Assembly: GCA_048013815.1 (NCBI GenBank)
Contig: CM106586.1
Location: forward strand, 2,232,001-2,296,000
Direction of reading: 5' to 3'
DNA from: Setoptus koraiensis
Lineage: Eukaryota > Animalia > Arthropoda
DNA length: 64,000 nt
Shown here: positions 21,269-36,200 of the stretch, piece by piece
How positions within the stretch are numbered: position 1 is the stretch's first letter
How the letters are laid out: each line of letters opens with the position of its first letter
Notes under the pieces: model-generated
Databases searched by the model: none
Told to the model about the DNA's origin: nothing
Seen by the model: only the letters and a program-made list of their open reading frames with translations
Program-made: the position numbers and the translations under genes

Positions 21269-24200
21269 CTTGTCGTTGTTGGTGTTGTTGTTGATGATGT
21301 TGTTGGTGTTGAAGTGGATGTTGATGTTGCTGTTGCTGACAAACAATTTGAAAGATGTTGCTGTTGCTGCTGATTAAGTTTGCTGCTGTGCGCCAGTGTT
21401 TGCTGCCTTTATCTGAAATCATTGAGGGAATTGACATGTGATGACTGACTAACTAACAATTATATAATAATAATTGCCGATGTGTTTGTGTGTGTGTGTG
21501 ACTCTAATTAAATCTTATGTTTGTTTAAATAAATAACTGGATGGCACAAATTATGTTCAATCAATCTTAACAACTAAATTTCCTCTTGAGGCTTGAGCTA
21601 ATCAAGATCAATTATGATTAATAATGGCACACACGCGCGTACAAACAAATAAACAATATGTATTTATTTATTTATATGTACACACATACACATAGTATGT
21701 AATAGTAGAATGAAAAAATGCGATACTAATTAGTTAGTATTATTATTATAAGGATGATGATTGCGTGTATATATCTATGTTATTATTATTATTACTATTA
21801 CTATTATTGTTATTATTGTTGATTGAAGTAATTATTGCAAGTGTGTAAGCTAGGAAAAGTGTAACATGAGTGTGACCACCACACGTATATGTATATAGCT
21901 AATAGCAACACCAGTCAAACAGCACCAACAAAACAACAACATCAACTCACTGAAATACCGACCGGCAACAATCATCAAGTTGTTGTTGTTGTGGTTGTTG
22001 TCGCAACATTACGTTGCAAGTGCGCGCATAGTTTTGCACATTTAAAGTTCATGGTTAATGCTAATCATAATAATCATTCATGATTGATATGACAATCTAG
22101 ACCGCTCTAGAATATTAAGACACACAACACACACAAACGAATACATATTGGCGAGACACATTTTCTTATTCTTATTATTAGATTACTACTATTTGTGTTT
22201 GTACTTGTCGGTATCTCTGTAGCTAAATCGGTGCCGTCGTCGGTACCGGCGTCCGTGTCGCTAGTTGGCGTGATTGTCGGTGTCGCTTGTCGCTGTTGCT
22301 GTTGTTGAAATAATAATATATGGTCTACATGTTGTGTGTGTGTGTGTGTTCATTGTGTTCTTAAGTAAATGACGCATATCGTATAGTGTCTCTCTGTATC
22401 ACATTAATCTACTTTTTGCGCATATGTACACCTGTTACAATCAAGTGAGCATGCGTCACAGGAGGAGTCTAACCAGACGAAAGCGGGGGAAACAAGTCAA
22501 TTGGAGTGAATGGTCACACACACACACAGCCACTAAGAGGCAATAATGAGTTGGAGTTTGTCTCTGCCACTTGTTGTTGTTGCCATTCATTGGTAAGTAT
22601 ACTCTATCTATCTGTCATCCACCAACTTATCTAACAAGATGTGTTAGTGTTACTATCTCTAGTCACAGGTAACTCTAGTTCAATGGTAGTTTGGGCAAGA
22701 TCACTTTGCTAAGACCACCTTTGTTTGCTGCAACCGCGACTGCAACTGCAACTGCAACTGCAACTGCAACCGTAACTGCAACTGTAAAAGTTACAGTTAC
22801 AACAACTGTTACTAGTGCTTGTGTCTTGGTGTTGACGTCGCTGACAATTTTCACAGATTCATGGTGCCGATGTCACGAATCGCAAGCTTGTTTGTCTATC
22901 TATCTATCCTAATTCATTGACTATCCTTGAGCACAACAATGATCAGAACGTTAATTAGCATTGTTGTGTCTCCCATTGGCTATTTTACACAATTAGTATT
23001 AAAACTAATTTATAAACACACACTCTATTTAACCAACTACCAGAGTGTCAATAATACCAGCTAATGGTGCTAGCCAATGGCGCCTTTCACTCAATGACGC
23101 AAGCGCCACAACAGTGTCTAGACAGTTTGAACAAGACCAACGGCAACTCACTGATAAACGGATAGAACTCTCTGTCTACTATTATCTATTAGATCTGTTA
23201 GATATCACCGACAGACACTGGCGACAACAACACCGACAACAAGAGACACACGGCCAAAGGAATCACACTTGACATAAATTGTTATCGTCACATGTTATAT
23301 CTCTTATTCAGATATGCTCGCAAGTTGGACAACCAAGTTTAAGTAAATGAGTGAAAAGTTGATTCGTTAAAACAATTGTTATCGACGTTGCGACCAGTTG
23401 CTTTCAAGTATTCATTCAAGGCACCTGCTAGGCTAACCCCGGCCAACTCCTTTTCCCTTTCCTTTTCCTCTCTTGCTACAGCTACTTTCACTTTCCTCAT
23501 AAGTTTAGAAAGTTTGTTAAAAGTTTCCAGTCTCAACTTGACTTTTTTCATTCCTATATCTCGTTCTCTTACACTTCACTTCACCTCGCTAAACTTCGAT
23601 ACATTTCCATTGACTCGTTGCAACATGAACCACATTTTAAACTTGTTTATATTGTTCTATGTCATTTAAATCTACATATACTCACTCGTTCACTAACAAA
23701 CATGCACCACACAGATATAGATTGTAATTAATTGTTTCTAAAACTTTCATAATGACTCATTTCCTGACCAAGCAACAAACTCAATACAAATTGACTGCCC
23801 TTATCGCAACAGCAGCAACAAGCTTCAGTTGCAGGGCTAACAATTACTATTATCACTTATTGGCAATAAAACACTCACTCATCGAGTGAGCCATATACAC
23901 TCAAATAACAACACGCCAGATACAAACAAATAGATATACAAAGATATTGTATATCTGTTTGTTGAAACAAACATCATAACCTATTATTCAGATATAACGA
24001 AAAATAACAAAAAACCGGCAAGTTACACCGATAGGTTAATATAAATTGAAATGATCTAATGCCGCCCCCTCCTCCTGGGATGCGTAATCTTAATGACTAG
24101 TATGAGCTCAATGCCAATCAATTGTCTCGATAATGCATCGTAGAAACATTTCAATTGAGATAGCGAATCAATCAGCTTGATTCCATCAATAATTTCTCAA

Positions 24201-27200
24201 CTTAATTGATTAACATGAAATAAACAATGAACTGGAATTAGTTTTCTCTCCTTTTTCTCTCTCCATCCCAATCCTAATCAAAATAAATATAATCCGTTAA
24301 TCCACGCGAGAAAACATTAGCGGCAACAAACAATAGAATTACTCCCAGCATCGTTGTTGTGAAAGGTTGATTGTAATGTGTCGGTATTTTAATTTGAATA
24401 GTTGGCAGCATCAATATTGTTACCATCATCAAATTAATTGTTATTGATAATTATTGCTGCTGCTTAACTCATTTTGTATAATATATACCGTTGCTGTTGG
24501 CGCTATCCGTCTGAGCGGAAAACCCCCGTGATTAAAAGAAATGATGCTTGCAATTTTAGCTATCGCAATTTGTGCTCAAGGTCAACCTTTAGCTTGACGC
24601 TATATTGAGCACATTTGAATCAAATCAGACGAAATCTCTCGCTTGATTAATGGAGGCCGGTGTGACTTGATCAATCGTGTTGAGCTTTTGAATGAAGCGA
24701 CAAATGGCTTTCTAATGGACAAATAGCTTGATTTGTCTGATTGGACTTGCTGCCAATCAGCGAACAATTGGATGAATGGGTGAAATAGCGTCAACCTTAG
24801 AGTTGCATATCTACTGATTGATTGAGTCGACAACCAAATCAGAAAGGCCATTGTTGCTATTTACAGTGAACCAATCGAATGACATAACTCATCGATCCAA
24901 AAAAAGTGTTGATCGTAAGTGGCAGGTGGCTCCATCTTGCGGCTTACATTTCAACATTGAAATTACCAAAGGGATATAATTTACAGGTGCAATTGCATGT
25001 ATCATAATTTATGCTGAAAATACCACTAAGATGAAATCCACTAAGATCATTCAAGCAATACTATTAAGTCATACATCGTGTTATCTCTTTCTTATTGTTA
25101 GATTGCCTCTAAAGTTGAATCATTTTATTGATTCGTATTGAGCAGATTTCACGCGCATTTGTTTATTTGGTATTCTAAATAATCGGTCTTTCCAAAAGAA
25201 TCTCACTCATTCACCCATCAGGCACACAAACTGACTGAAAACGATTTATCCGTTTTACCGGCATTTCTCTTCATTATTCCCTCCCATAGCCTTGTTAAAT
25301 TATCTCATATCAAGTTTCTTATATGGTCTTAACATCGATCGACACATTGATTAATTGTTAAATTGAGCATTAGCGACGATGATAGTTGATCATTTGTCGC
25401 ATCTCAATCTTTACGTCATTTTATCAGCGTTTGGAGTTTATAGTTTTAAACAAACTCAAAAGGGCAGAGAAGAACTGTGTTCAGTTTCTCTGGTCTTAGT
25501 AATTCAGTATAAGGTTTATTCATTTGCATTCATTTTTAAAATGTCAAATGTGATTAACATCACCGTCACTGTACATATGTCATGGATGCTTTGCAAGCAT
25601 GTGTTCATGAATGTTCATGAAACAACAAAGTGTTTAGTTCAAGGGAAAGAGTTTGTCGAGATAATTTATTATGCGATAATGAAATTCTCAAACAGAACAG
25701 GGCCAATTGGTTGCTGATTATACGTTGAGAAAAGACGAATATTGCCGACAAGCCCGTTGCCAGAAGAGTATAATAACGAACACAAAGAGTGAATCAGACA
25801 AAAGATAATTGATTCATACGGACACATTCCAGCAGAAATTAAGTTGCTCTTGTTGACCAGCATCTAACAAACAGAATGAGAAGAAACTGTGCGAATTGTG
25901 AAGCTAGAACAGGGCCATTGTTGCGTTGCATTTTAATCCGAGCACCCCATTTTGGGTAATATAAATCAATTACAAGTACTCGTGCACGACCATTGGTTGA
26001 CGCGTTAGGATGGTCGGATCATCATCGAATCATAGTTGATATAAATAAGTTTTATTGTATTACAATCACTAGTCATTCGCTATAAATAACATTTAAATAG
26101 CCGTTTTAGACCAGCGATCCTTTCAACTTGAAAAGTATTGATCAAACATTGTTCGAATAATTTAGTATAAGGTGATTAACTTTCATTTATACACATCAAG
26201 CCGCAACCTGTTTTTGGCTTCATACAGTTCATACATATGAATGATGAATTGTAAATTGATTGAACATCATAAAGTACAATAACAACATGACAGCAGAATA
26301 GAAGAGAAAGAGAGCCAAAGAAAACGTGATCACCTGGTGATCACAATTGTAGCAATCGTTTCTTGTTATATTGGGCTTTGAATTATATTAGTGATTCTAG
26401 TGAGATGTTGCAGACACACAAACATTGCATTGCATTGGTACGAGCCGAATGAGATGCAAACAATCAAGATATTGACTTAATTAATTCGCTAATGCTCAAG
26501 TGATTAAAAATTAAATTTACCATCAGTCAACAATGGTAGATGTAAATGTGTGTATGTTAATTGTAGCTCGTGAGAGATAAGATCAAATAAGACAATAATG
26601 TCGGCTGTAATCATCGGTTTTATAGATTAAAGCAGATAAACTGATGGATTGCATCAACTACTTATCAACTACATACGCGCACGTATACATTGGACATGTG
26701 TTTATTTTTTGTTAGTATTAGTTGAGAGTTAAATTGAATTGTTTATCATGTGTCTCTCTTTTATTGTCACTATTAAAGATTCTTATTGAGTATTGATTTG
26801 ATAAAATCGATTCCAAATCAATTCAAGCACACGAATAATGTGGCAATAATGAGGAACAAGGAAGTGTTTACAACTTGTTATGTTTGCCATCATTTAAGAC
26901 ACAGTCTAGACATTTTGTGCAGAGTGAGCTCGAATGAGAGAGCGATAGAGAGGGAGAGAGTTTAGTTGTTGGTGGCAAATCAAAGTAACGGTGATAGATG
27001 AAATAAAACCAAGTTAGCAATCAAAACACTGACATCTATCTCCTATCTGTTTTATTATTTTCTTTCTTTTCGATCTCTCTCGCTCTCTCTGACTGCATCC
27101 GTTTCTATTCTATTATCTATCTTGTATTCGTTGTGAGCTGTCTTTTTTTCTACTCTATTTTGTCTTCTTTTGTTCAACACTTTCTTTCCAACTTAGATTG

Positions 27201-27758
27201 GCCAAAAGGAGATAACATCAACTGTGTGTGCATTGAGTTAAGGTTTACTTAACACAGAATGACAATTACATCAACTACAAGTAGTCCACTAATTAATAGA
27301 TCGTTCAAGTATCGCACAGACACTTGTGGAACACAATGCTAATTTTTATGCAATGGCCATTGATTTTAAAATGAGATTGCTTAGATTGACATTGATTGTC
27401 ATCTTACATCATTATCCTACAGCAGTACATGCCAGTGCATGTATTTTAACTGTTGCAACATAAACATTTGCCCGTTATTAATATCTATTGCTACCGAATG
27501 ATAATCATCATCGTTATGATGTAATAATGTTGTCATGAATTATTTGTTGTTTTTATTCGCTCTCTCTCATTGGATCATTCAATCAAGTTAACTGGTGATA
27601 ATCTGATAATTAATGTTTGAAACTGGCGTTTAAATTGATTAATAGATAGAGCGCACCGTTTATCGTAGTTGGTCGTTGTTTAACTCATTTAGTTGTTTTA
27701 GCGCTGATTAAATGGCTAGCGAGTATAAGTGGCCATTGAATGAGCCAGTGATAGTGAA

Positions 27759-27784
27759 AGAGAGAGAGAGAGAGAGAGAGAGAG
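27759..27784. repeat. (AG)13 microsatellite
   Basis: Read directly. Confidence 0.9.
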
Positions 27785-29180
27785 ACTGACAGAACGATAT
27801 AAAGGCATCATAAAGACAGATTTGCTTTTGCACAGAGACAGAGACAGCATAATGAAATGAATGAGAGACGAATGGCGACAACCATGACAACGCCACAGAC
27901 AACGACGACGGCAACAACAGCAACAACAACAACAGCAACAGCAATAGTAACAACAACAACGATGGCAACAGTAACTGTAACTGCACAGCAACGACACGGG
28001 CGAACAACAATTTAAAAGAAAAAGAAAGAGATGAGTCTTTTGATTAGGTAAGCTCGCTAAGGTTCTTCCTGGTTTCTCTGTGTCTGTGTCTTTATTCTTT
28101 CTGTCGCTGTCTCGCTAGTTGCTGGTTGCTGGTTGCTGGTTGGTGTGTCGCTCGTTTGTTGTTGCGCTGCTGTTCAAAGTCGGTCTTGGTCAATCTCAAA
28201 TCACTTTCTTCCTTCTTTTACCTTTGTGTGTGTCGCTCTTTATGATGTATTATATTAATTTACACACATTAACAACGCGATAAGACAGACAATAGACGAC
28301 TCTCGCTAGTCACTAACAACAGTAACAACTCAAACTACAACATTGAGAGACAACAGGTTGTTGTTTACAACATCACAGCAGCAGCAGCAGCAGCAGCAGT
28401 AACAACAGCAACAACAGCAACAACAGCAACAGCAAGCTAGTTAAGAGAGAGTGAGCGAGCAAAGTGGATGTAGGACACAGGATGATGACCATCAAAGATG
28501 AGCGACACATGATTGAATATGATGATGAAAATGTTATCTAGCAAGCGTGATATTAGATTGCTTGCGTGTGTTTGTTTGTTTCTTGACCAGTTATGATTAT
28601 GACGATGATTTGCATTGCCACCCAATTGCAACAGCAACAACAACAACAACAACAACATCGAGCATGACTATACAAATGAGCTTCACAGTGTTACGTAACA
28701 AGCGCAGCCATCACGACGTTGCAACATTCTTGCATGCATTCGTGTGTCCAGTAGTGTGTGTACTTGACAGTATGCAGTTACTTGCCAGGCATGCATTGTG
28801 TGTCAGTGTGTGTGTGTGTTGTCAGTTAGTGAATATTGTCAGATAGACACACAACATCAACAACAAACTTTCAACTTGTTGCTTATTATTAGATAGACGA
28901 CTAACGGTGCACGGTGCACGGTGCATGCAACTGTGTGTTGCAACACACCAATACAACGGACCGTTACATGTTGAAGTTGGTTGAGTAGGCACGACAACGA
29001 CGACACCTCAACGCACACACACTGGCTAACGAGAACAACACACTGACAACTATGACCACTGCGGCCACTGCGACCACTGTGACCACTATGACAACATGAC
29101 AAAGGATAATGATGAAAGAGGAAGGTTAAGTGAGCTGTTGTCTCACCAAAAGGCTCGCTTGTGAATACCCCGATACACAC

Positions 29181-29240
29181 AAGTATTCACAAGTATCCAC
29201 AAGTATCCACAAGTATCCACCAGTATTCACAAGTATCCAC
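29181..29240. repeat. Tandem repeat, 10-bp unit AAGTAT(C/T)CAC, 6 copies
   Basis: Read directly; one copy starts with C. Confidence 0.92.
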
Positions 29241-30161
29241 TACAAGTATTGATGGCTGCATTGATCATTAATTTGCATATCGTCGTCATCGTGGTCATTG
29301 TCGTGCAGTGTTGTGCAGTATCAACTTGCGCTAACATGGTTGGTATTATCAATCTTGTCAAACGCAACAACAATTATGTGAGGTGAGATTGGTCACTTTT
29401 AAAGTGGACAATCAACAATGACTGTTGGCCAAAAACAAACTTTGTTGCTGTAAGAACGATGAATATTTAAAGCTGTGGGTTGCAGCTCGAGGGGAGTGCT
29501 CCCCTTTGAGTTATGTCATGCCATATCTATGCCTCTATTTACGTTGTATGCCTATTAAGCAAATCATCGATCAATTGAGCCAATTTATCCAGTCAGTCTT
29601 TTCTTTTTGCTGCCACTCGTTGGCGAGCAGATGTTGTCGTTGTTTGCAGCAACACCAACACCAACAACAATAACAACAACAACAGCAAGCCACTGTCCAC
29701 CTATTCGTCCAACCAGAGCTGCGTCTATCCGTCTTGATGGTGCGCTCGTCTGCTCGTATAACGGTGATCTAGTTGAGCCAGCAACAACACCAACCACAAC
29801 GCACAACAGCTGCCAGCACTAGATCGGGCAATCCATCGTCTTATCGTCCTATGGCTCAACACACACACACACATAGATGCAATCTCATAATGAGTCTTCA
29901 TCTCTCATAATGCCAATGGTCGTGGTTGTCGTGATTAGTATGACATTGTTGTTGTTGCTGTTGTTGTTGTTGTTGCTGCCGTCGCTGTTGCTTCTGCTTC
30001 GGCCGTGACGGCCATATCTGAGAGATGCTATCAAGATAAAGGCTTGATGAAGGCGTTAAGGAAACGGAAAGAGAGCGAGACAATCAACGGAAACTTGGGA
30101 GCAAGTTTGCTCAAAAGTGAATCTGTTGCCGTTGCCGTTGCTGTTGTTTTCGTTATTAGTC

Positions 30162-30164
<3 letters not shown>

Positions 30165-30202
<38 letters not shown>
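30165..30202. repeat. (GT)19 microsatellite
   Basis: Read directly. Confidence 0.95.
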
Positions 30203-30204
<2 letters not shown>

Positions 30205-33200
30205 CGTTGGAAATGCGTAGAGACACACACGAAAGAAGCACATACAAAAGAAGTTGCGCAATTCTGCTGGTGCCAAAACAGGAACAATCGTATTCTCAAA
30301 TTTTTCATTATTCAATACGAGACACAACACACAATATAAGGGCTTGATTATTATATAATAAGCATGCAAATAAACAACGGCACACATAATTTGACACGAG
30401 CTCTCTGACATACAACCACACGCATTCACTTGAGTATGAGCAATTATTTTAAATACGACGACGACGACAACAACCAAATCATGATCAACTTCCTGTTACC
30501 ATCATCATGGCCGTCATCGTGTGTCATTTGCAACCCACTACTTACCAATACAGTTTCCAGTTTTGTTGCGCTATTTTGAGCACAATTCTAACAATGATTT
30601 CTCCTCTACTCAATAAATCGCTTTGTTTTGTTCTCCTAATATTATTATTATTTTTAATGTGGGCCTATGGTAAATCCTTCTCACTGTCCTCTTATGTTAT
30701 GTTATGTTTGTGTTGCCTGTTATCACATTAGTTGACATATTAATGCAGTGATGAATAGAAGATAATATGTGATCATGAGATAACCGTTGTTGACTAATAG
30801 AAGTGTTGATTGCATTGGCAACACCTATTAAATGTTATTACTTATTAAAGGTGCTCGTGACACCAATACTACTGTTACTTTTTACAAACGTTTACTTTTT
30901 ACGTTTATAATTATCATCACACACAAGTTTTGATTGCGCCTACTTCCAAATTGGACACTCTCTTACTTATCTGATCCACAAAATACTCTCACCAGTTGCA
31001 CTACATTGTAATAGTTACTCTTCACCATCAACTAGTATTGTAACACACCTCATAATCATAATAACAATAATTATTTTTTCCGTTTAATATCAACAACAAG
31101 TGTGAGATAAAGAAAGAGTAGGTAGTTACTCTCTAACAAGCGACACACATACAAGGAAGCTGGTTAATCGGCCAATAGTGCAAATAATCCCCAATAATCA
31201 TTCAAATAATAATCACTATAATAATGATAATTCTTTTTCGAGAAGCTCGCTTCAATTAGATTGGTGCCGGGTCAACTCAGCCAACTCAGACACCATGCTA
31301 TCTAATGTACATGCTTTGTAATCATTACTTCTCAAATATGTTCGGTACCTATGACATGAAAGCTTCTTCAACCTTTTCAATACTGTAATGGAAGAAAACA
31401 GAAAACACGTCGTGTTTTCAACCATAACAATACCAGCTATTAAGCCAACTATCAGTGGCATCAATAAAGCGAAACACAATTGAAATTGTGTAATGTGCTG
31501 TAATGACGTAAGCTGGTCCGTGACATACGACTAATAACAAATTTACTAATTTGCAATTAAAATCACGACAATTGAATGATTATCCTATTGACGTGATTGG
31601 TTATGTTGTTATCTTTGTAGCAAGCTATCACTGTCTATGTAAATGCTGTTTACTAAATTGTAATGCAAATGTAGTCAGTTAATTAGTTTCCATATTAGAT
31701 GATTGGATGCAACCAAATTCTTGCATACACACACACACACACCCTGTATTAACTGATAAACTACAACTAAATCGATAATACGCTCTTAGTGAGCACGTAA
31801 ATGATTTCGCCTCAACTCAAATTCAATCAAATCCACTAATTCTGTCTACATGACTAGTCCCCACCCCCACCAATGATTGCCAGCGAAATATCTCACTATA
31901 TTCCGGCAATTAATTCCTTCTTTAATAAATTGTCGATATTTGTCTCATACAATTGTCGATTGTTGATTAGTAAGTGCAGTGAAAAACAGTTGATTTGCTC
32001 ATTCAGTTCATTCATGCAAACTATACAAAATTGATCGTTGTGATAGCTGACTATCTAGACACTAACAAGATAACAACAACCACTGACCACAGTCCAACTA
32101 ATAACCTGACTATTGCATCAAATATTGGTGTTGATGTTTGCAAGCTAACCGGTTGGATTATAAGACCAAGCAGACATGAGCGGACATAACATTATTTCAG
32201 ACTCAACTAAGCTGCTGTTGTTGTTGTTTAGCTCCTGGTCATGAAATTTGAACCAATGCATTGTTGCACAGCAACAACAACAACAACAACAACAACAGCA
32301 ACACATCTACATTATAAAACTAGATTTTTCATTAATTTTGTTGCCGTTACTGGTCATTGGGGAGAGAGAGACTTGTTACAGGTAACGGGTGAGCCCGATA
32401 TTTGGCACTATCATCAGGTATGAGGCTGTTTAATTCAACGAGCTGTTGATGGGCAAATCGTTTGCCATTCACAATATCAAATTACCACCACCAACGATCA
32501 TTAGCTCTCATTCAATTCAATACAATTGGCGTTGTTGTCGCTGTCTATGATTGCAGGAATAAACCAAAACAGTTTGAATCACTAATGATTGCTCATTAGT
32601 TATACGAGCCACCTTATAAGATAACTTGACCACTAGTATTTTGGCCAGCATTTCTCTCTTTCTCTCTTGTTGTTGAGCATTGCATCATATTTAACTAGTA
32701 TATTGTTATTATAACAACTGTACAGATCGCAACTGAATCAAGGCCATTCGTTAACTCATTATATGCTGGTGCTGCTGGTGGTCAGTCAGTTTTGTATTTG
32801 AAATTGTAATAGCAGTTAACCAAGCAACAAGCGAAAAAGGCTTACTTCAAATTATTATTATTGACTCAATGTGTGTGTGAGGCTGTAATTTAATTCAGAT
32901 CGTTTTATTCAAATATCAACAAAATTGAGCATTTGCACAGTATTTAAAATGCAATAAACAGGCCGAAAACATTTCGAGGCAGCTTTTATGTTCAATGAGA
33001 CTACTAATTACGTTTAGCAAACCTTGTCGAACCAAGCAGCTCGATAGAGGAGCGAATATTCGGCGACCATTTGATACAGGTTGACCGATTCACAACCATT
33101 TAAACCAATTGATTGCCAATAACAAGCCAGTGAATAATAATAATAATAATAAGACACAGAGAGCGAAGAAGAAGAAAAAAAAACAAGAGTGTATATAATA

Positions 33201-36200
33201 CAATGCCATAGTGACCCAAAAGTGTGTAAGAGATAATTGTAAATGAGTGAGTAAGCTACTGTGCCAATTACGAGTGACTTTTTATTACGTAATGTGTTAA
33301 GGGTAACACGAGCTGAATTGATGAAAGAGAGAGAGAGAGAGAAAATCTGGTCAGAAGAATGGCAAGTAGGCAGTTGAAATGCATTGAGTGACTCATTGTC
33401 ACTGGCTAACTTGTTAACTAACTTAACAGTATTACACAAGTTGACAGGACACAAAGAAAAAGAGATTCTCTTAAGTTGAGTAATTGAATGTATTATATAG
33501 TTGAAGGATTCAAGGGACAGCAACAACAACAACAGCAACAGCAACAACAACAGCCAATCAACAGTTGTTATGAGTTGAGAGTTTATTAGGACAATACTGT
33601 TATAACTACCGATGGTGACATAAACACAAATAAAAGCTCAAACTGAACAGACAATGTTGCTGCTTTGGTTGTTTGGTTGCTCGATTTCTCGCTGCTGTTG
33701 CTAGGTGATAGAGAAAAAGAAACGAGCTTCTCTCAGACTCTGTTAATCAGGTGAGAAAATGTTGCGTCAGGTGCCAAAAAGAGAGAAGAATGTATGTGAC
33801 AATCTAATCAATTGTCAATGGCACACTACACATACTGTCTGTAACATGTCTCTAGAAACACACACACACACACAAGGTCACCTCCGGCAAGAGCGACCTC
33901 TTATTATTATTATCAATAAGTCGAATGGATATTGAGTGGACCAATTGTTTTGATCCAATATGATCGCTAGCAACTGGTGTTGAACTATTTTACGCTGCCA
34001 CTATTATGTAACTATTCTATTACAGTTGCGCTAACAGTAATAGCTCTATTCTCAACCACTAGTCTACACTGTGACGCCAGATAGATGAAGAGATAGAGAG
34101 ACGGCAACGTAGATGGATAGATGACAATGAAATGATGATGATGACATACACAGTGTAACGGTGTGTGTGTGTGTGTGTGTGTGTGTGTTGTGGATATAAA
34201 TCGGATCGGATCAGATCGGATCAAAACGGCTTAGATGAGAGCAGCTAACTATTCTTGCTGCCACCATGATTGTCTGTAGTCATAAGGCTTTAGGTATGAA
34301 TGATCCAGTGGTGTGACAATTATTATTTGCCACAACACTGTGATTGTAGGTCAAAAGTGTTGCTGTTGCTGTTGTTGTCTCGATGGAATGGTTCTCAAAT
34401 GTTTTAACAAGTGGCTCGCAAGTATTTTAGATAAGTCGCCAATTGAGCAGAAGCCAGACGAAGAGCAACATTACGTATTAAATGTGTATGTTTGTGACCT
34501 TTTACTTTTGTGCCAATCATCAACAACATCACTGTTGACAACCACAACCACAACAACAACAACAAATGAACCGTTATCTTTCTATTAATCGCAGGTCGGC
34601 ATTCGCCCGCTTTATTGGCTCAACTGTATCGGCCAGTCGCTGGTAAGATCGATTTCAAGTCGACGCCAACACTTGATAGCCAGATCAGACAGATGTATAT
34701 GGATGCTCATATGTGCAGGCACTAGAATAAGGGTTTGTGTAAAGAGGATCAAGGCTATAGATGCCATAATTAGTTGATAATAGGCGCAATCTTTAATCTG
34801 ACCGAATGAAGCCAACAAAATATTATCAGCTTCATTGGTAGGTCTTTAACCTAGCTTATATCGGGTCTGTCGCTTGTTTGAAATTCTGAAATTACTGCGT
34901 GTTTCACCGTATACTTGAAACACTTTTTGCGCACTATATATTGCAACAACACTTATTCTAGTATTCGCGTACATCGTACACATTTTTGCAAATTTCCCAA
35001 AATGTGCTCAACTTGCCCCATTGGCAGTATTAACGCGATCAATTATTCATCCGCATAACTAATGAACGGTGAACATTCAGTGAACATTGGTAGCTAAAAT
35101 GGATCAGATCAGATCTATCTGTGGTGCTATAAATACAATAATAAACCCATTCAGTGATATGAGACATGATTGCGAAAATGCGAAACTCCACCGATAAGCT
35201 GTTATTTTTGCTGTCGTTGAAGTTGTAGAATTGCAACTACTACTTACACAATCACAACTGCTACCACTGCTCATAACAGTGGTAGAAGTAATTAAATCAA
35301 TCTACTTGCACAAAAATAAATCAGCAAATTAGCATCCCTATAGCAAATAAAGAAAATCTCTCCGTTCCTTTCTTTTCGTGTTTATACTAGTTGATCCTTG
35401 GTATTTTTTCTTTTTTTGCAACGAGTTCAATCGCATGACTTTGTAATCATCTTAGATGGCAAACATTCATAAAAAATGTCACCTCTCTCTACATTGCACT
35501 TGTCACCTGTTGCTATGAGACTTAATTTTGGCTTGGTCTTGGTCTTGTTGTTAATTGATTGCACCTGTTGTGCAACAATCAAAAGTAATAATAATCTCTC
35601 TAGATAATAGTTCATTTGGGGTCAATTGATTGTTCTTTTTTACTAGGTTCAAAGACAGTTGACAATTATATTCTATGTTGCTATATTAACCAGTTTCGAC
35701 AAAGTCACAATTTCTCCCTTGTAAGATCACTAGACACAGACCATCATTAGTAGTGGCTTATTAGAATAACTCTAATAATGCAGCCAAAATAAAGTACCGA
35801 TGTGTATGAATAGAAAACACAGCCGGATAATTATAATTTAAGTGTGAGAAGAGGAGCCAGTGTTAGAAGGTTGCTGTCGACGGCTGTTTAATTTTTGGTG
35901 CATTGTTTCAATTCGAAGCTTGAAGATGAAAAGATTTTGTGTTGGTAATTCAATACTTTGATCAGAGCTGAGGACCTGAAATGACGGCCAAAATTCTTGG
36001 ACAAATTCTTATTCATACATGTCAATCGTGTTAGTTCTAATGGTGACCACAAGTACGGTTTCGAAGAGTCTCTTTTTCCTAACAGAAATCATCGTGGGTG
36101 TGTTCCAATTCGCATCTTACCTTTGATTGTTGGGACAACAATGCAAACAACTTAGTTGACTTGATGATGATGAGTACAGACCATCAAATTTTCACAATTT

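Noticed and set aside
25379-25866. 112-aa ORF continued by two TGA-separated open stretches (UGA=Trp or readthrough, suggesting horizontal transfer)
   Set aside because: Bounded by TAA on both sides, no recognisable homology, and neighbouring genes use the standard code; chance is sufficient.
29181-29240. Short tandem arrays as CRISPR-like repeats
   Set aside because: Contiguous 10-bp units without spacers, eukaryotic context and no cas genes.
27708-30477. ORFs with poly-L, poly-C, HTHT or CVCV runs
   Set aside because: Translations of microsatellites.
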